From a virus (lineage: Duplodnaviria > Caudoviricetes), in IMG/VR virus record IMGVR_UViG_2841817361_000001, positions 11,215 through 75,214 of that record: a DNA stretch of 64,000 nt, one strand, 5' to 3'. Positions 1 through 9,344 of the stretch are shown here, piece after piece; the first letter of the stretch is position 1; every line of letters starts with the position of its first letter. A program made the position numbers and the translations under genes. Under the pieces are notes generated by a model. It saw nothing but the letters and a program-made list of their open reading frames with translations, was not told the DNA's origin and searched no databases.

Positions 1-60
1 AGTTCTGCTTGCGCAACTAACAAACAAAGAAAGAAATATTGTATATAATATTAACCGCAT
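1..60 (-). CDS. 5' part of a lipoprotein (candidate o-spanin), runs off the window
   Basis: Reads MRLILYTIFLSLFVSCASRT with lipobox FVSC; ATG overlaps the TGA of the upstream gene. Confidence 0.55.
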   Translation of the reverse strand, partial: MRLILYTIFLSLFVSCASRT

Positions 61-470
61 CAGTTTAAGTATATTTTATTTTTATTTTCATCAAACTTAT
101 ATATCCTAATTCTATAATCTGATTTATTAAATATTCTACCTATCCATTTTCGTGGAATTTCTTCCCAGTAAATTATTTCATTATCTTTATTTAATGCATT
201 AATAGGATTAACTTTTATTAACTCTACATTTTTATTTTCTTGAATCTTTGGATGTATTTTCTTACCCAGTAACTTTTGTATAGCTTCTTTAAGAATAGCT
301 GTTTTATTGGACTCTTTAGTAAGCTCATAACTAAGATTCTCATTTATTTTCTTTTCCTGTTGGATTTTTTCAACAGTTTCTTTAACGTCTTCTGGTAGCC
401 CTGTAGTATCTATTTGATTAATGTTTGCAAAGGCTAAACATCCTATTAATAATGCAATTAATGTCTTCAT
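60..470 (-). CDS. Exported or membrane-anchored protein of the lysis region
   Basis: N-terminal hydrophobic signal MKTLIALLIGCLAFA followed by a coiled-coil-like segment. Confidence 0.45.
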   Translation of the reverse strand: MKTLIALLIGCLAFANINQIDTTGLPEDVKETVEKIQQEKKINENLSYELTKESNKTAILKEAIQKLLGKKIHPKIQENKNVELIKVNPINALNKDNEIIYWEEIPRKWIGRIFNKSDYRIRIYKFDENKNKIYLN

Positions 471-472
471 GG

Positions 473-883
473 TTATTGTCTTTGTAAATTTGCTGTATAT
501 TGCTCAAGATCTTTATTAAATTGTTTTTGAATTAGTAATGCTTTTCGCTTTTCATCATTTGTACTGGCAAGACTTTTACTTATGTTTTCAAATAATTTTC
601 TATATTTTTCAATTTCTTCCGTACAATCTTTATTTTGAGCTTTTTCAAGCTTTTTTGTAAGTTCATTCTTCTCTTTATTTAATTGATTAATCTGCCAATT
701 TTTATTGGAAAACATCTCTTTATCTTTAGTATTAGCTTGATATTCTCCCCTCATTCTTTGCCATTCACCATAGTATGCCCCAGAAATAATTAAGAAACTT
801 ACAAACACGAATTTACCATATGGTTTCATCCAAAAGACTCTAATCCATTCAAGTGAAGATTTTATTATATTTACTACAGGCAT
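473..883 (-). CDS. Single-TM coiled-coil protein (i-spanin or holin-like candidate)
   Basis: TM segment FVFVSFLIISGAYY then K/E-rich coiled coil; lies downstream of tail genes. Confidence 0.45.
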   Translation of the reverse strand: MPVVNIIKSSLEWIRVFWMKPYGKFVFVSFLIISGAYYGEWQRMRGEYQANTKDKEMFSNKNWQINQLNKEKNELTKKLEKAQNKDCTEEIEKYRKLFENISKSLASTNDEKRKALLIQKQFNKDLEQYTANLQRQ

Positions 884-904
884 TATATTTATATTATCTG
901 CTTA

Positions 905-1093
905 TTATTCTGGTCTGTTTTTATCTTTCCAAGCAATTTCTCTATATGGTATTAATTCTGGACGTTTATCAATATATTCCCAATCTGCTTTTATCATAGG
1001 ATTTAAACCTCTTTTTATTACGTATTGTTCATTTTCTAGTATTGTTAAAATTATATTCTTACTTGATGTTTCTATTGAAATATATTTAATCAT
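905..1093 (-). CDS. Hypothetical protein
   Basis: ATG ORF tightly packed after the tailspike gene. Confidence 0.5.
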   Translation of the reverse strand: MIKYISIETSSKNIILTILENEQYVIKRGLNPMIKADWEYIDKRPELIPYREIAWKDKNRPE

Positions 1094-1095
1094 TA

Positions 1096-3996
1096 TTATT
1101 GCGTTTTAAAGTTTAACCAAAATGTTTTGTCACTACCTGCTGTACTTGATCTTACGTAAGCTGATGTTGAGTTAGTATAAATAATGAATGTTAGTTCATT
1201 AATTGTAATAACACCACCATACTCTGGAGTAAATGGTAGCGTTATTCCAGAATTAACATTCGCTTCATTGAATGTTAGAGTACCTGCCAAAGCTATCTGC
1301 TTACCAATTGTACTATATGAAGCTTTTGAATAAGTAATAGCTCCATTATTAGGAATTACCCAATCTCCACTTGACTCTTTTAAAAACTCTTGCCATATAG
1401 GAGATGAAGAGGTACCAGTATTAATTTCAGCAGTATTACTAGTAGTATTATAATATATAAATCCTTTTGGTGCAGCATCTGGTCTAGTAAATAAACTCCC
1501 ATGTCTAGGGTTATATATCCATTCAGGGACTCTTATATCAGAATCTACAAGAAATTTCACACTATGTATTACTAATGTTTTTCCTGATTGTACAGATTCT
1601 GGATACACATAAAGTGTACCTCCGCCTGAGTCATCTTTACCTGTAATAGGTATATATAAATAATTTCTATTAAGATCTGGCGCATTCTGACTTAACGGGT
1701 ATACTCTATTAACACCTCTTGTATATGGTGTCCTATCTGTATCTAGGGCATACAATTTAAAACCTGCATCTCTAGTTACTCCACTAACTCCAGTGAGTGA
1801 ATACTCTACTACTATAAAACCTCTGTTATTAATACCATGAAAACTAGCATAATCATCTTGTCTAACAGTAATTTGAAAAGCACAGCCAAATTTACCATTA
1901 TCAGTATCTATAGCTACAGTAGATGAATCTCTATCACAATCAAACCATTCTTTAGGTATTGTATACCCTGTACCAGATGGTTGTGTTGCAACATATGCAG
2001 TTATTTCATCTATTGTCATTAAACTATTAAGTGGTACATAGAATAAATTTTGACCTGCTGTTCTTGAAGCTTTTGCTGGAGAGAAATATTCTAACACATT
2101 TTTATACTGTTTTGAAACTACAGAATCTACATTTACTTGATTTGGATATATATCATACTTATTATCAACTCCTTTATCAACCATATACTTGAATCCATCA
2201 ATCATTACTGAATTCAATCTAGAAAATTTACCTAGATAATATGCTACATTAGATCTAGGTGGGCTGACATAATTTAAATCCCATGTTATACCTAATCTAA
2301 ATCCTCCACATCTAATAGCCTGAAATATCCTTTGATCATTACCTTGTCTAGCATCTATTTGAATTATAACACCATTCCAATCATGTTCAGAAACATCATA
2401 ATCTGTAAATATAGAAATATAAGAACCTGTCTTATTTGCAATAGATCCTTTAAAAACACTTTGATTAAACCATCCTCCATCCCTGGTTATTATTTCAACA
2501 CCTCTCCAACCTAACATATCTCCAAGATATACCTGAGGATTTATGATTCTACCAGAATTCCATCCTTCATATACTTCAAATCGATAAGATATATTATATT
2601 CGCAATAAGAACTACCTATATCAACCCAAATGTTATTTCCATTCTTTTGATAATATCTTTTATTAGTGAAATCATTATAGTAATCCAGAGGATTACCAAT
2701 ACTATTACTAGGAATACCATCACCGCTTAAATCTCTTGTATCAGGAATCCAATTATAGTCTTGTGTTCCGCCAACCGTTATTAAATCAATATTATTATTA
2801 GTAGCCATATCTAAAATTCTATAGCCAGTACCTTTCATATATATACCAATGGTATATTTTGACATTATTAGTGATAAAGTTCCTCTACCTGAAATTCTAG
2901 CAGCTACAGAAGAAATATTTATAGCTTGCTTAGTGGCATCAGTATGGATATATTGATTTGGTTGTAAAGTTAGAATCGGTTTATTAATTATTTGAGGACT
3001 ACCTAATAAAGATGTTTCAGGATCTTGTGTTACAATAATATTTCCATCTCCATTCATAAAAGCAAATATTACAGTTTTATCACAAAGCTCTAAATGCATT
3101 TTATCCTTTATAAAAACTGTATTATTAATTCTATAACATCCTGCCTGTAATGAAACTTTTCCTTTAGATAACAAAGAAAAATCCAATGCTTTATTTATAG
3201 CTTCCGAACTATCAATTAATTCATTTACTTTTGATGGAGGTTTCGAAGCTATTGGTGTTATAGCATCATTTTCAATAGGGTTTAACATTTCACTTTTTGC
3301 TCCAAACCATTCTGAATATACATTGTCATTAATAAAATATCCATCAAATGATAAATTAGAATAAAATATTTTATTTAAGGGAGCATCAATAACTGTTTTA
3401 TTACCTATAATAATTCCATTAGAAAGTGTACCTCCTATAAATTTTAATGTTACATTGTCAGGTATATTAATTGTTTCTCCATTTAAATCATAATCATATC
3501 TTATTTCATGAATAGTATTAGGTTTTATCATTGAAGATGTTAATATATTTACACCTTCATTAATATTTTTCCTAAGAATTGAATTACCTAAACCACTAAA
3601 ATTGTTTGGATTATAAGTTCTATCTTTAAGTTTAATTACATTTATACCACTCTCACTTACAGATGTTAAATCTTCATAGTCTGGATTATTATTACCTGCA
3701 CTACCAACAAAGTTCTTTACTTGTTCATTTAATTTATTTAAACCTATAGATTCATCATCTAATCCTCCAGCTTTTACATCTGATAACATACCGTCTAGAA
3801 TATTCCCTTGTCTAGCTGATAATATTCTTTTAGGATCTGTACTTTCTAATGAATCTTCTATTTTTACATTTTCATCAACAATTTGAAATTCAAGATCTTC
3901 ATATTTTATATTTTTTACACAACCATCTTGATTCAACATAAGTTGATCTTTAGGTAATAAATTTGAAATTGTATCTGTATCTTTTATACTTCCCAT
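1096..3996 (-). CDS. Tailspike / receptor-binding protein, probable beta-helix depolymerase
   Basis: YDYDLNGETINIPDNVTLKFIGG, EWFGAK and DSSEAINKALD...GCYRI segments typical of pectate-lyase-3-like tailspike heads. Confidence 0.7.
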   Translation of the reverse strand: MGSIKDTDTISNLLPKDQLMLNQDGCVKNIKYEDLEFQIVDENVKIEDSLESTDPKRILSARQGNILDGMLSDVKAGGLDDESIGLNKLNEQVKNFVGSAGNNNPDYEDLTSVSESGINVIKLKDRTYNPNNFSGLGNSILRKNINEGVNILTSSMIKPNTIHEIRYDYDLNGETINIPDNVTLKFIGGTLSNGIIIGNKTVIDAPLNKIFYSNLSFDGYFINDNVYSEWFGAKSEMLNPIENDAITPIASKPPSKVNELIDSSEAINKALDFSLLSKGKVSLQAGCYRINNTVFIKDKMHLELCDKTVIFAFMNGDGNIIVTQDPETSLLGSPQIINKPILTLQPNQYIHTDATKQAINISSVAARISGRGTLSLIMSKYTIGIYMKGTGYRILDMATNNNIDLITVGGTQDYNWIPDTRDLSGDGIPSNSIGNPLDYYNDFTNKRYYQKNGNNIWVDIGSSYCEYNISYRFEVYEGWNSGRIINPQVYLGDMLGWRGVEIITRDGGWFNQSVFKGSIANKTGSYISIFTDYDVSEHDWNGVIIQIDARQGNDQRIFQAIRCGGFRLGITWDLNYVSPPRSNVAYYLGKFSRLNSVMIDGFKYMVDKGVDNKYDIYPNQVNVDSVVSKQYKNVLEYFSPAKASRTAGQNLFYVPLNSLMTIDEITAYVATQPSGTGYTIPKEWFDCDRDSSTVAIDTDNGKFGCAFQITVRQDDYASFHGINNRGFIVVEYSLTGVSGVTRDAGFKLYALDTDRTPYTRGVNRVYPLSQNAPDLNRNYLYIPITGKDDSGGGTLYVYPESVQSGKTLVIHSVKFLVDSDIRVPEWIYNPRHGSLFTRPDAAPKGFIYYNTTSNTAEINTGTSSSPIWQEFLKESSGDWVIPNNGAITYSKASYSTIGKQIALAGTLTFNEANVNSGITLPFTPEYGGVITINELTFIIYTNSTSAYVRSSTAGSDKTFWLNFKTQ

Positions 3997-4008
3997 TTTT
4001 TATATCTA

Positions 4009-5886
4009 TTATGATGCTGATTTAAATACCTGCCATGAATTGTTTATAAAATAAATACTATATCTACCTCTTATAGTTAAATTTATTGATGTACTTGTAG
4101 ATGAATCAAATGTTATATTCTTTGTTGAATTTAAAGTAACTGTGTTACCATCTAGTTTTAACAATGTTATCTCCATACTATAAATAGATTCAGTTAAACT
4201 AGGCAGTACTAATGTAGTATTTGCATTACTATGTGTTATTAAGCCTGTATTAGGTTGAATAGTTACAGTTCCTGATGATGTTACATTAATGCCTGAATGA
4301 TATATAGAAGTTACTAGAAGTTTATCTATATATCCTCCATACATTTTAGAATCTAAATCTGTTTTTCCTTCGATATTTTCTCCTGCAATACCAACAAACT
4401 TATCTCTAAATCCGCCTGGATTACCACCAGATTTATTATAATAACCAGAAATAGCTGCATTACCGGTTTGTACACTTCCAATATCGCCACCTAGATACTT
4501 TGTTGCAAAACCAATGTCAAATGCAGAAGAAAGTATACCATTAGTTCCAATTCCAGCAGAAGAAATAATAGTGTTTGATGAAGTTCTTCCTGTTACATTT
4601 ATAAATGCACCATTAACATATTCAGTACTTCCAGAATTCAATGACGTCAATCGTATTGCTGGACTTACTAAATCACCTGAATAAAATGACAATGAATTAT
4701 CAGACTCATTTATTTCTAATCTTGTTCCTGAGTCATTTGTTCTAAGGTTTCTAACTCCTAGGTTTTCAATATATGCTGTTTCTGCTAAAAATAATCCTGT
4801 CGCTACAAAATCATAAGTTCTATCTGCAAGTTTCCAATATTGTTCATTAGTTGGCAAAGTGCCAATAGGAATATTACCGGATGTTTCTTTGCTTACATAC
4901 CATACTCCACTATACTTTACAGCTTCAACTCTTTTAGAAGTACCAATATATTGTGCAGTACTAGTCCAGTTTCCTCTTGATGCTAAATATAAATCTGATA
5001 CAGGACCAGGATCTCCCTTTTCTCCTTTTATTTTATTAATATTCCATTCTCCCCAATTACCATTTGATAGTTTTCGTATTGCCATCCATATAGAATCTTC
5101 TCGTCCTTCATTATACCAATTTTCAGGATTTAAAGTTGGGCTTCCTGGATTATTAACCACTGATGAAAATTCAAAGTCTATATCGGGTGTATCAGATGCT
5201 AATCTTGGAGTTGTCCAAAATTGTTGCTGTGGAGACTGCCCATTTAGAGTAAATATTCTAGTACTCATATAAATAGGGTTTGTTCCTGATGGAATTCCAT
5301 CTGACCATCCTGATGTTGATGGTATTGGAGTATTCCAATTTCCTCCTGTTGGAGTTGATGGTATTATAGTACTTCTTATAAACGCAATTGATTTAAATGA
5401 AGGATTCCCATTTGTACCATTCATACCATCAATTCCAGCTTTCACTTTAGATAGTACATATGTGCTGTTTAATGGACTATTACCATCTTTATTAGCAGTA
5501 ATATCAACTCTTGCAGCATCTTGATTTAAACTATTTACATCAATATCACCAGTATTTGAATCTATACTTCCTACACAGTTAATAAATGAAGCATTATATG
5601 TCCATCCATTATCTATATTTGAACCTAAATAAACTGTGGCTTTTGTTGATGGTATTTCTCCAGTTATTTCACCAGTGTTTTTTGCTGGTAATAATGCAAA
5701 TTCTTTACTTAACTTTACTGTGTAATTATTAGATTCTTTGCTTTTAACTTTTCTTTTAACACCATTATCATCAGTAATAAAAACTTCACAAGAATCATTA
5801 TCAAATGGTACAATGTATTGAGAACTAGGTTTAGTAGCCTCATTCTCATTACGGATTATCTCAACATTTTTAAATTGTTTCATCAA
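4009..5886 (-). CDS. Tail fibre protein
   Basis: Collagen-like GxxG stubs (GIDGMNGTNG, GEKGDPGP), W-rich PSTPTGG...GWSDGIP repeats, RGNW...VKYSGVWY module. Confidence 0.7.
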   Translation of the reverse strand: MMKQFKNVEIIRNENEATKPSSQYIVPFDNDSCEVFITDDNGVKRKVKSKESNNYTVKLSKEFALLPAKNTGEITGEIPSTKATVYLGSNIDNGWTYNASFINCVGSIDSNTGDIDVNSLNQDAARVDITANKDGNSPLNSTYVLSKVKAGIDGMNGTNGNPSFKSIAFIRSTIIPSTPTGGNWNTPIPSTSGWSDGIPSGTNPIYMSTRIFTLNGQSPQQQFWTTPRLASDTPDIDFEFSSVVNNPGSPTLNPENWYNEGREDSIWMAIRKLSNGNWGEWNINKIKGEKGDPGPVSDLYLASRGNWTSTAQYIGTSKRVEAVKYSGVWYVSKETSGNIPIGTLPTNEQYWKLADRTYDFVATGLFLAETAYIENLGVRNLRTNDSGTRLEINESDNSLSFYSGDLVSPAIRLTSLNSGSTEYVNGAFINVTGRTSSNTIISSAGIGTNGILSSAFDIGFATKYLGGDIGSVQTGNAAISGYYNKSGGNPGGFRDKFVGIAGENIEGKTDLDSKMYGGYIDKLLVTSIYHSGINVTSSGTVTIQPNTGLITHSNANTTLVLPSLTESIYSMEITLLKLDGNTVTLNSTKNITFDSSTSTSINLTIRGRYSIYFINNSWQVFKSAS

Positions 5887-5902
5887 ATTTGTTTATCAGT
5901 TT

Positions 5903-6109
5903 TTATTCTGTCACTATATTTTCGGGAGTAAAACTTCCAATGCCTTCAAATGAATTTTCAATTACTTCACCAAGATCAATATCTCCAAATACAACATCTT
6001 TCAATAGATCTATTTTTGTTATTCTTCTTTGACATCCATCTATTAGAATGACAATCTCATCATTCATATCCATTTCAGAAACTTGTTCAGCAGTTGATAC
6101 ACTTCCCAT
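5903..6109 (-). CDS. Small protein resembling the tailspike N-terminal anchor
   Basis: MGSVSTAEQVSEM...DGCQRRITKIDL aligns with MGSIKDTDTISNL...DGCVKNIKYEDL of 1096..3996. Confidence 0.6.
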   Translation of the reverse strand: MGSVSTAEQVSEMDMNDEIVILIDGCQRRITKIDLLKDVVFGDIDLGEVIENSFEGIGSFTPENIVTE

Positions 6110-6121
6110 TTCTAGTATTAT

Positions 6122-6167
6122 TTTACCTAAAAATAATTATGCAGATAAATGAAATAGAGTTTGCTAA
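6122..6167 (-). promoter_or_regulatory. Putative late promoter for the tail fibre-lysis operon
   Basis: TTAGCAAACTC-N21-TATTTTTA on the minus strand; same spacing as three other copies. Confidence 0.55.
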
Positions 6168-6531
6168 GCCCTTACCGTTTTCTGTAAAGTTCACTTTAGC
6201 ACTTAAATTAACCAGGCAAAAATTCTATAAGGGGAGAACTTTAGAATCAGTTTTAATGGATTTAATTACTGACAGCAAGCCATCTGATGAAGAAATACAG
6301 ATACTTAATAGAGTTTTCAGATTTGGCCATAGTGGAAACCAAAAACAACAAAATATTAGAAGTTTTTTTGTTGAAGTATTCAATGACGAAGATTATTTAG
6401 TTGATGTAATTAATAAAAAAGCTACATATAAAGCTTTTATCCCTTCTAAAACAGATAATGATTTAGTATCAAATACTCTTAATTCAATATTCAACGAAAC
6501 ATTTAGCAAACTCGGTATTAATGGTGTGTAG
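6139..6531 (+). CDS. Hypothetical protein (ATG at 6139 preferred over track start 6094)
   Basis: Open frame between the divergent tail and terminase operons; overlaps both putative late promoters. Confidence 0.5.
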   Translation: MQINEIEFAKPLPFSVKFTLALKLTRQKFYKGRTLESVLMDLITDSKPSDEEIQILNRVFRFGHSGNQKQQNIRSFFVEVFNDEDYLVDVINKKATYKAFIPSKTDNDLVSNTLNSIFNETFSKLGINGV

Positions 6532-6542
6532 GGCTATATTAG
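6503..6542 (+). promoter_or_regulatory. Putative late promoter for the terminase-portal operon
   Basis: TTAGCAAACTC-N21-TATATTAG just upstream of ATG 6549. Confidence 0.55.
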
Positions 6543-6548
6543 TCGTAC

Positions 6549-7118
6549 ATGGCAAAAAGACAATCTTTTACAGAACAAGCTAAAAGTGAAATGCCCTCTT
6601 TTATTAAGAAGGCAATAGATGACTTGTTGGATGTAATGGACAGCAATATTGTTTATCCTAAAAACAAGAATGGACAGGTTTTAGAAAATAAACTCCTAAC
6701 TATTGTCAAAGCTAGGGAGGATGTTTACAATGAACTATGTGGATTAATGGATCTAATCAGTATTGATCAATCTTCTGACTCAAAATACAAATCAAAAATT
6801 ATAAAGGGTTTAAAAACAACTTGGCATGAATTAACAAGAATTACATGTAGGAGTATTGGTGGTGAAAGTTCTGTTGACTTTACTAATTATACCCAATATG
6901 ATGATCCTGAAGAAGATTTAGAATGTTATGGTTCACGTCAGTTAACATCTGATGATAATCTTTCATCAATTGCAAAATCAAAAGGGCTTTCAGCTAGAGT
7001 TGCAACTAAAATAATCGAACGAATAGAATTACTAGAAGATAAGGAATCAGTACAAAGGCAAAAGATTGAAAATAAGAAAATAGGAGGAATACCAGAACGT
7101 TTTGCAAAAGTTAGATAA
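6549..7118 (+). CDS. Probable terminase small subunit
   Basis: Helical 189-aa protein overlapping the large terminase start; positional inference only. Confidence 0.45.
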   Translation: MAKRQSFTEQAKSEMPSFIKKAIDDLLDVMDSNIVYPKNKNGQVLENKLLTIVKAREDVYNELCGLMDLISIDQSSDSKYKSKIIKGLKTTWHELTRITCRSIGGESSVDFTNYTQYDDPEEDLECYGSRQLTSDDNLSSIAKSKGLSARVATKIIERIELLEDKESVQRQKIENKKIGGIPERFAKVR

Positions 7119-9339
7119 ATCATATAGAAAAAGTATACATCGCATTGTCCATAACTATATTCCTGATAATGTTATTAAAAAAAGGAATAAAGAAAAGTCA
7201 TGGGATTATGGCTACCATCCTATTGAAGATATGGTTGTCATTTCTAAAGATGGTACTATAGGACAAGTTATTGAAATTAATGATTTACTAATTGCATTAC
7301 CTTCACAATATATCAATATTAGGAATGAACTTGTTAAAGCACAAAACCAAAAATGGGAACGATATGAAGTGCCTACTGATTTAAAAGATTTTGACACTTT
7401 ATATAATGAAGATAGTGCATCTTATGAACAAGCATTAGAAGATATTTATAATATCCATGAAGACTTTATTATTAATGATTACAAAAGAATTAGTGATGGT
7501 GATTGGATTTATATAGATGGTGAAGCTGTATACATACCAGGAGGTTATTACTTCTTCTTACAACATTATTTGTTGGTATCAGAAAAATATCCAGACTACA
7601 GAGAACCTCAAAGAGATTATTTTATATGGTTAGAAGCTTGTTATGCAGACAATAGATGTTTGGGAAGTCTTTTCTTGAAATCAAGACGTTTTTCTTTTTC
7701 TACTTCTGCTGGTAGTGAATTGTTAAGAGATGCTATTATTACTGTAAATGGATTTTATCCAATTGTATCTAAAAAGGATGATGATGCAAGTACATTATTT
7801 TCTCAGCACATTGTTAGACCTTTAATAAAACTCCCAAAACATTTACAGCCAAAGAGAAGTGGCGAGGCTAATCCTAAGAAGGAATTATATTTTGGCACTG
7901 TTCAAAGAAAAATGACTGTTAATAATAAAGGGGTTAATAGTGATACTGGTCTTAATACAAAGATTAAACCTTATGCAACTACCGTTGATGCTTATGATGG
8001 TACACAGGTTACAAAATCTATCAATGATGAAATAGGTAAAATGAAAGGTAATCTTGATATTAATGAATATTGGGATCAAGCTCATAAAATGTGCCATATT
8101 ATTGGTAGTAGAGTTGTTGGAAAAGCAATATGTGGTTCAACAGCTAACCCACCTAATAAAGGTGGAAAGAACTATGAAATATTCTATAACAATTCTAAAT
8201 TATCAACTAGAGATAAAACTGGAAAAACTTTAACTGGTCTTTATGCAATATTTATTGCTGCTGATTATTCTTTAATGGGATTCTTTGATGAATATGGTTA
8301 TGTTATATATCATGACCCAAAGGAACCAATAAAAAATGAATTAGGTGAAATAGTAGCAATTGGATCAAAAACATACTTAGACGCACAAGAAAACTCGTGT
8401 GGCGATGATATACAAAAACTAAATTCACAAAAACGTAATAACCCACGAGTTGATACTGATGCTTTTCTGGATGAAGATGCTTCTTCTATGTATGGAACAC
8501 CAGGGGTTATAGATAGAATTCATGTCATAAGAGACTTTAAAAAAACAGAAGCGTATAAAGAACAATATTTCAACTTTAATTTAGTTTGGAGAAATGGTAT
8601 TAAAGATACAGAGGTTGATATTGTTAGATGTGATGAAGGGAGATTTACAGCATGTTGGCTTCCTCCGGTTAGTGAACGCAACAAGTTTAAATTAGTAAAT
8701 GGGAGAAAAGAACCAGTCAATAGTCATTATGGTTCGTGGTCTTGTGACCCCTATCAAGTTTCAAAGGTTGTTTTTGGTAAAGGTTCAAAACAGGCTTTGG
8801 GGTTATTAACTAAAGAAGGAAATGAAGGTGTTCCAGACAATACATTAGCTGTTTATTATAACTACCGTCCAGAAAGTGTTGACACTGCTGAAGAAGATGT
8901 GATAAAAGCAATTGTATTTTTCAGTATTCCAATTCTAGTAGAAATAAATAAAGATTCTTTAGTAAAGAAATTATATGACAGAGGATATAGAGGTTATTCA
9001 CTAGAAAATCCATTAAAGAAAAGAAGCGAGTTATCCGATACTGAAAAAAAATATGGTGGTATTCATGCTGTTGAGAAGAATATAAAAGAAATGGAAACTT
9101 TTCTTGAAACATATTTAGTCAATAATCTTACTATTGATATAGATGAAAAGGATCTTAAAATTGGAATATTAGAGGTTCTTGAAAGCCTTACAACTTATTC
9201 TACTGATACTCGTAAAAAACATGATATAGTTGCCATGCTTCAAATGGCTGTAATAGCTAACTCTAAGCTTAATAAAAAGAAGGAAATACCTAAGCAAACT
9301 CATTATGAAGACATCTATGGTTATTTTAAAGTAGGTTAA
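7102..9339 (+). CDS. terL: Terminase large subunit
   Basis: Walker A-like LKSRRFSFS, Walker B SINDEIGK, coupling motif GSTAN, nuclease-domain SCDPY, LVEINK and HDIV. Confidence 0.88.
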   Translation: MQKLDKSYRKSIHRIVHNYIPDNVIKKRNKEKSWDYGYHPIEDMVVISKDGTIGQVIEINDLLIALPSQYINIRNELVKAQNQKWERYEVPTDLKDFDTLYNEDSASYEQALEDIYNIHEDFIINDYKRISDGDWIYIDGEAVYIPGGYYFFLQHYLLVSEKYPDYREPQRDYFIWLEACYADNRCLGSLFLKSRRFSFSTSAGSELLRDAIITVNGFYPIVSKKDDDASTLFSQHIVRPLIKLPKHLQPKRSGEANPKKELYFGTVQRKMTVNNKGVNSDTGLNTKIKPYATTVDAYDGTQVTKSINDEIGKMKGNLDINEYWDQAHKMCHIIGSRVVGKAICGSTANPPNKGGKNYEIFYNNSKLSTRDKTGKTLTGLYAIFIAADYSLMGFFDEYGYVIYHDPKEPIKNELGEIVAIGSKTYLDAQENSCGDDIQKLNSQKRNNPRVDTDAFLDEDASSMYGTPGVIDRIHVIRDFKKTEAYKEQYFNFNLVWRNGIKDTEVDIVRCDEGRFTACWLPPVSERNKFKLVNGRKEPVNSHYGSWSCDPYQVSKVVFGKGSKQALGLLTKEGNEGVPDNTLAVYYNYRPESVDTAEEDVIKAIVFFSIPILVEINKDSLVKKLYDRGYRGYSLENPLKKRSELSDTEKKYGGIHAVEKNIKEMETFLETYLVNNLTIDIDEKDLKIGILEVLESLTTYSTDTRKKHDIVAMLQMAVIANSKLNKKKEIPKQTHYEDIYGYFKVG

Positions 9340-9344
9340 AAGTC

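Noticed and set aside
1096-5886. Tail genes as DGR targets
   Set aside because: No TR-like sequence (GTTCTCGTTC core) seen on either strand, by eye only
7090-7120. Programmed frameshift fusing small and large terminase
   Set aside because: A TTG start with a short overlap explains it; no canonical slippery heptamer or downstream structure seen
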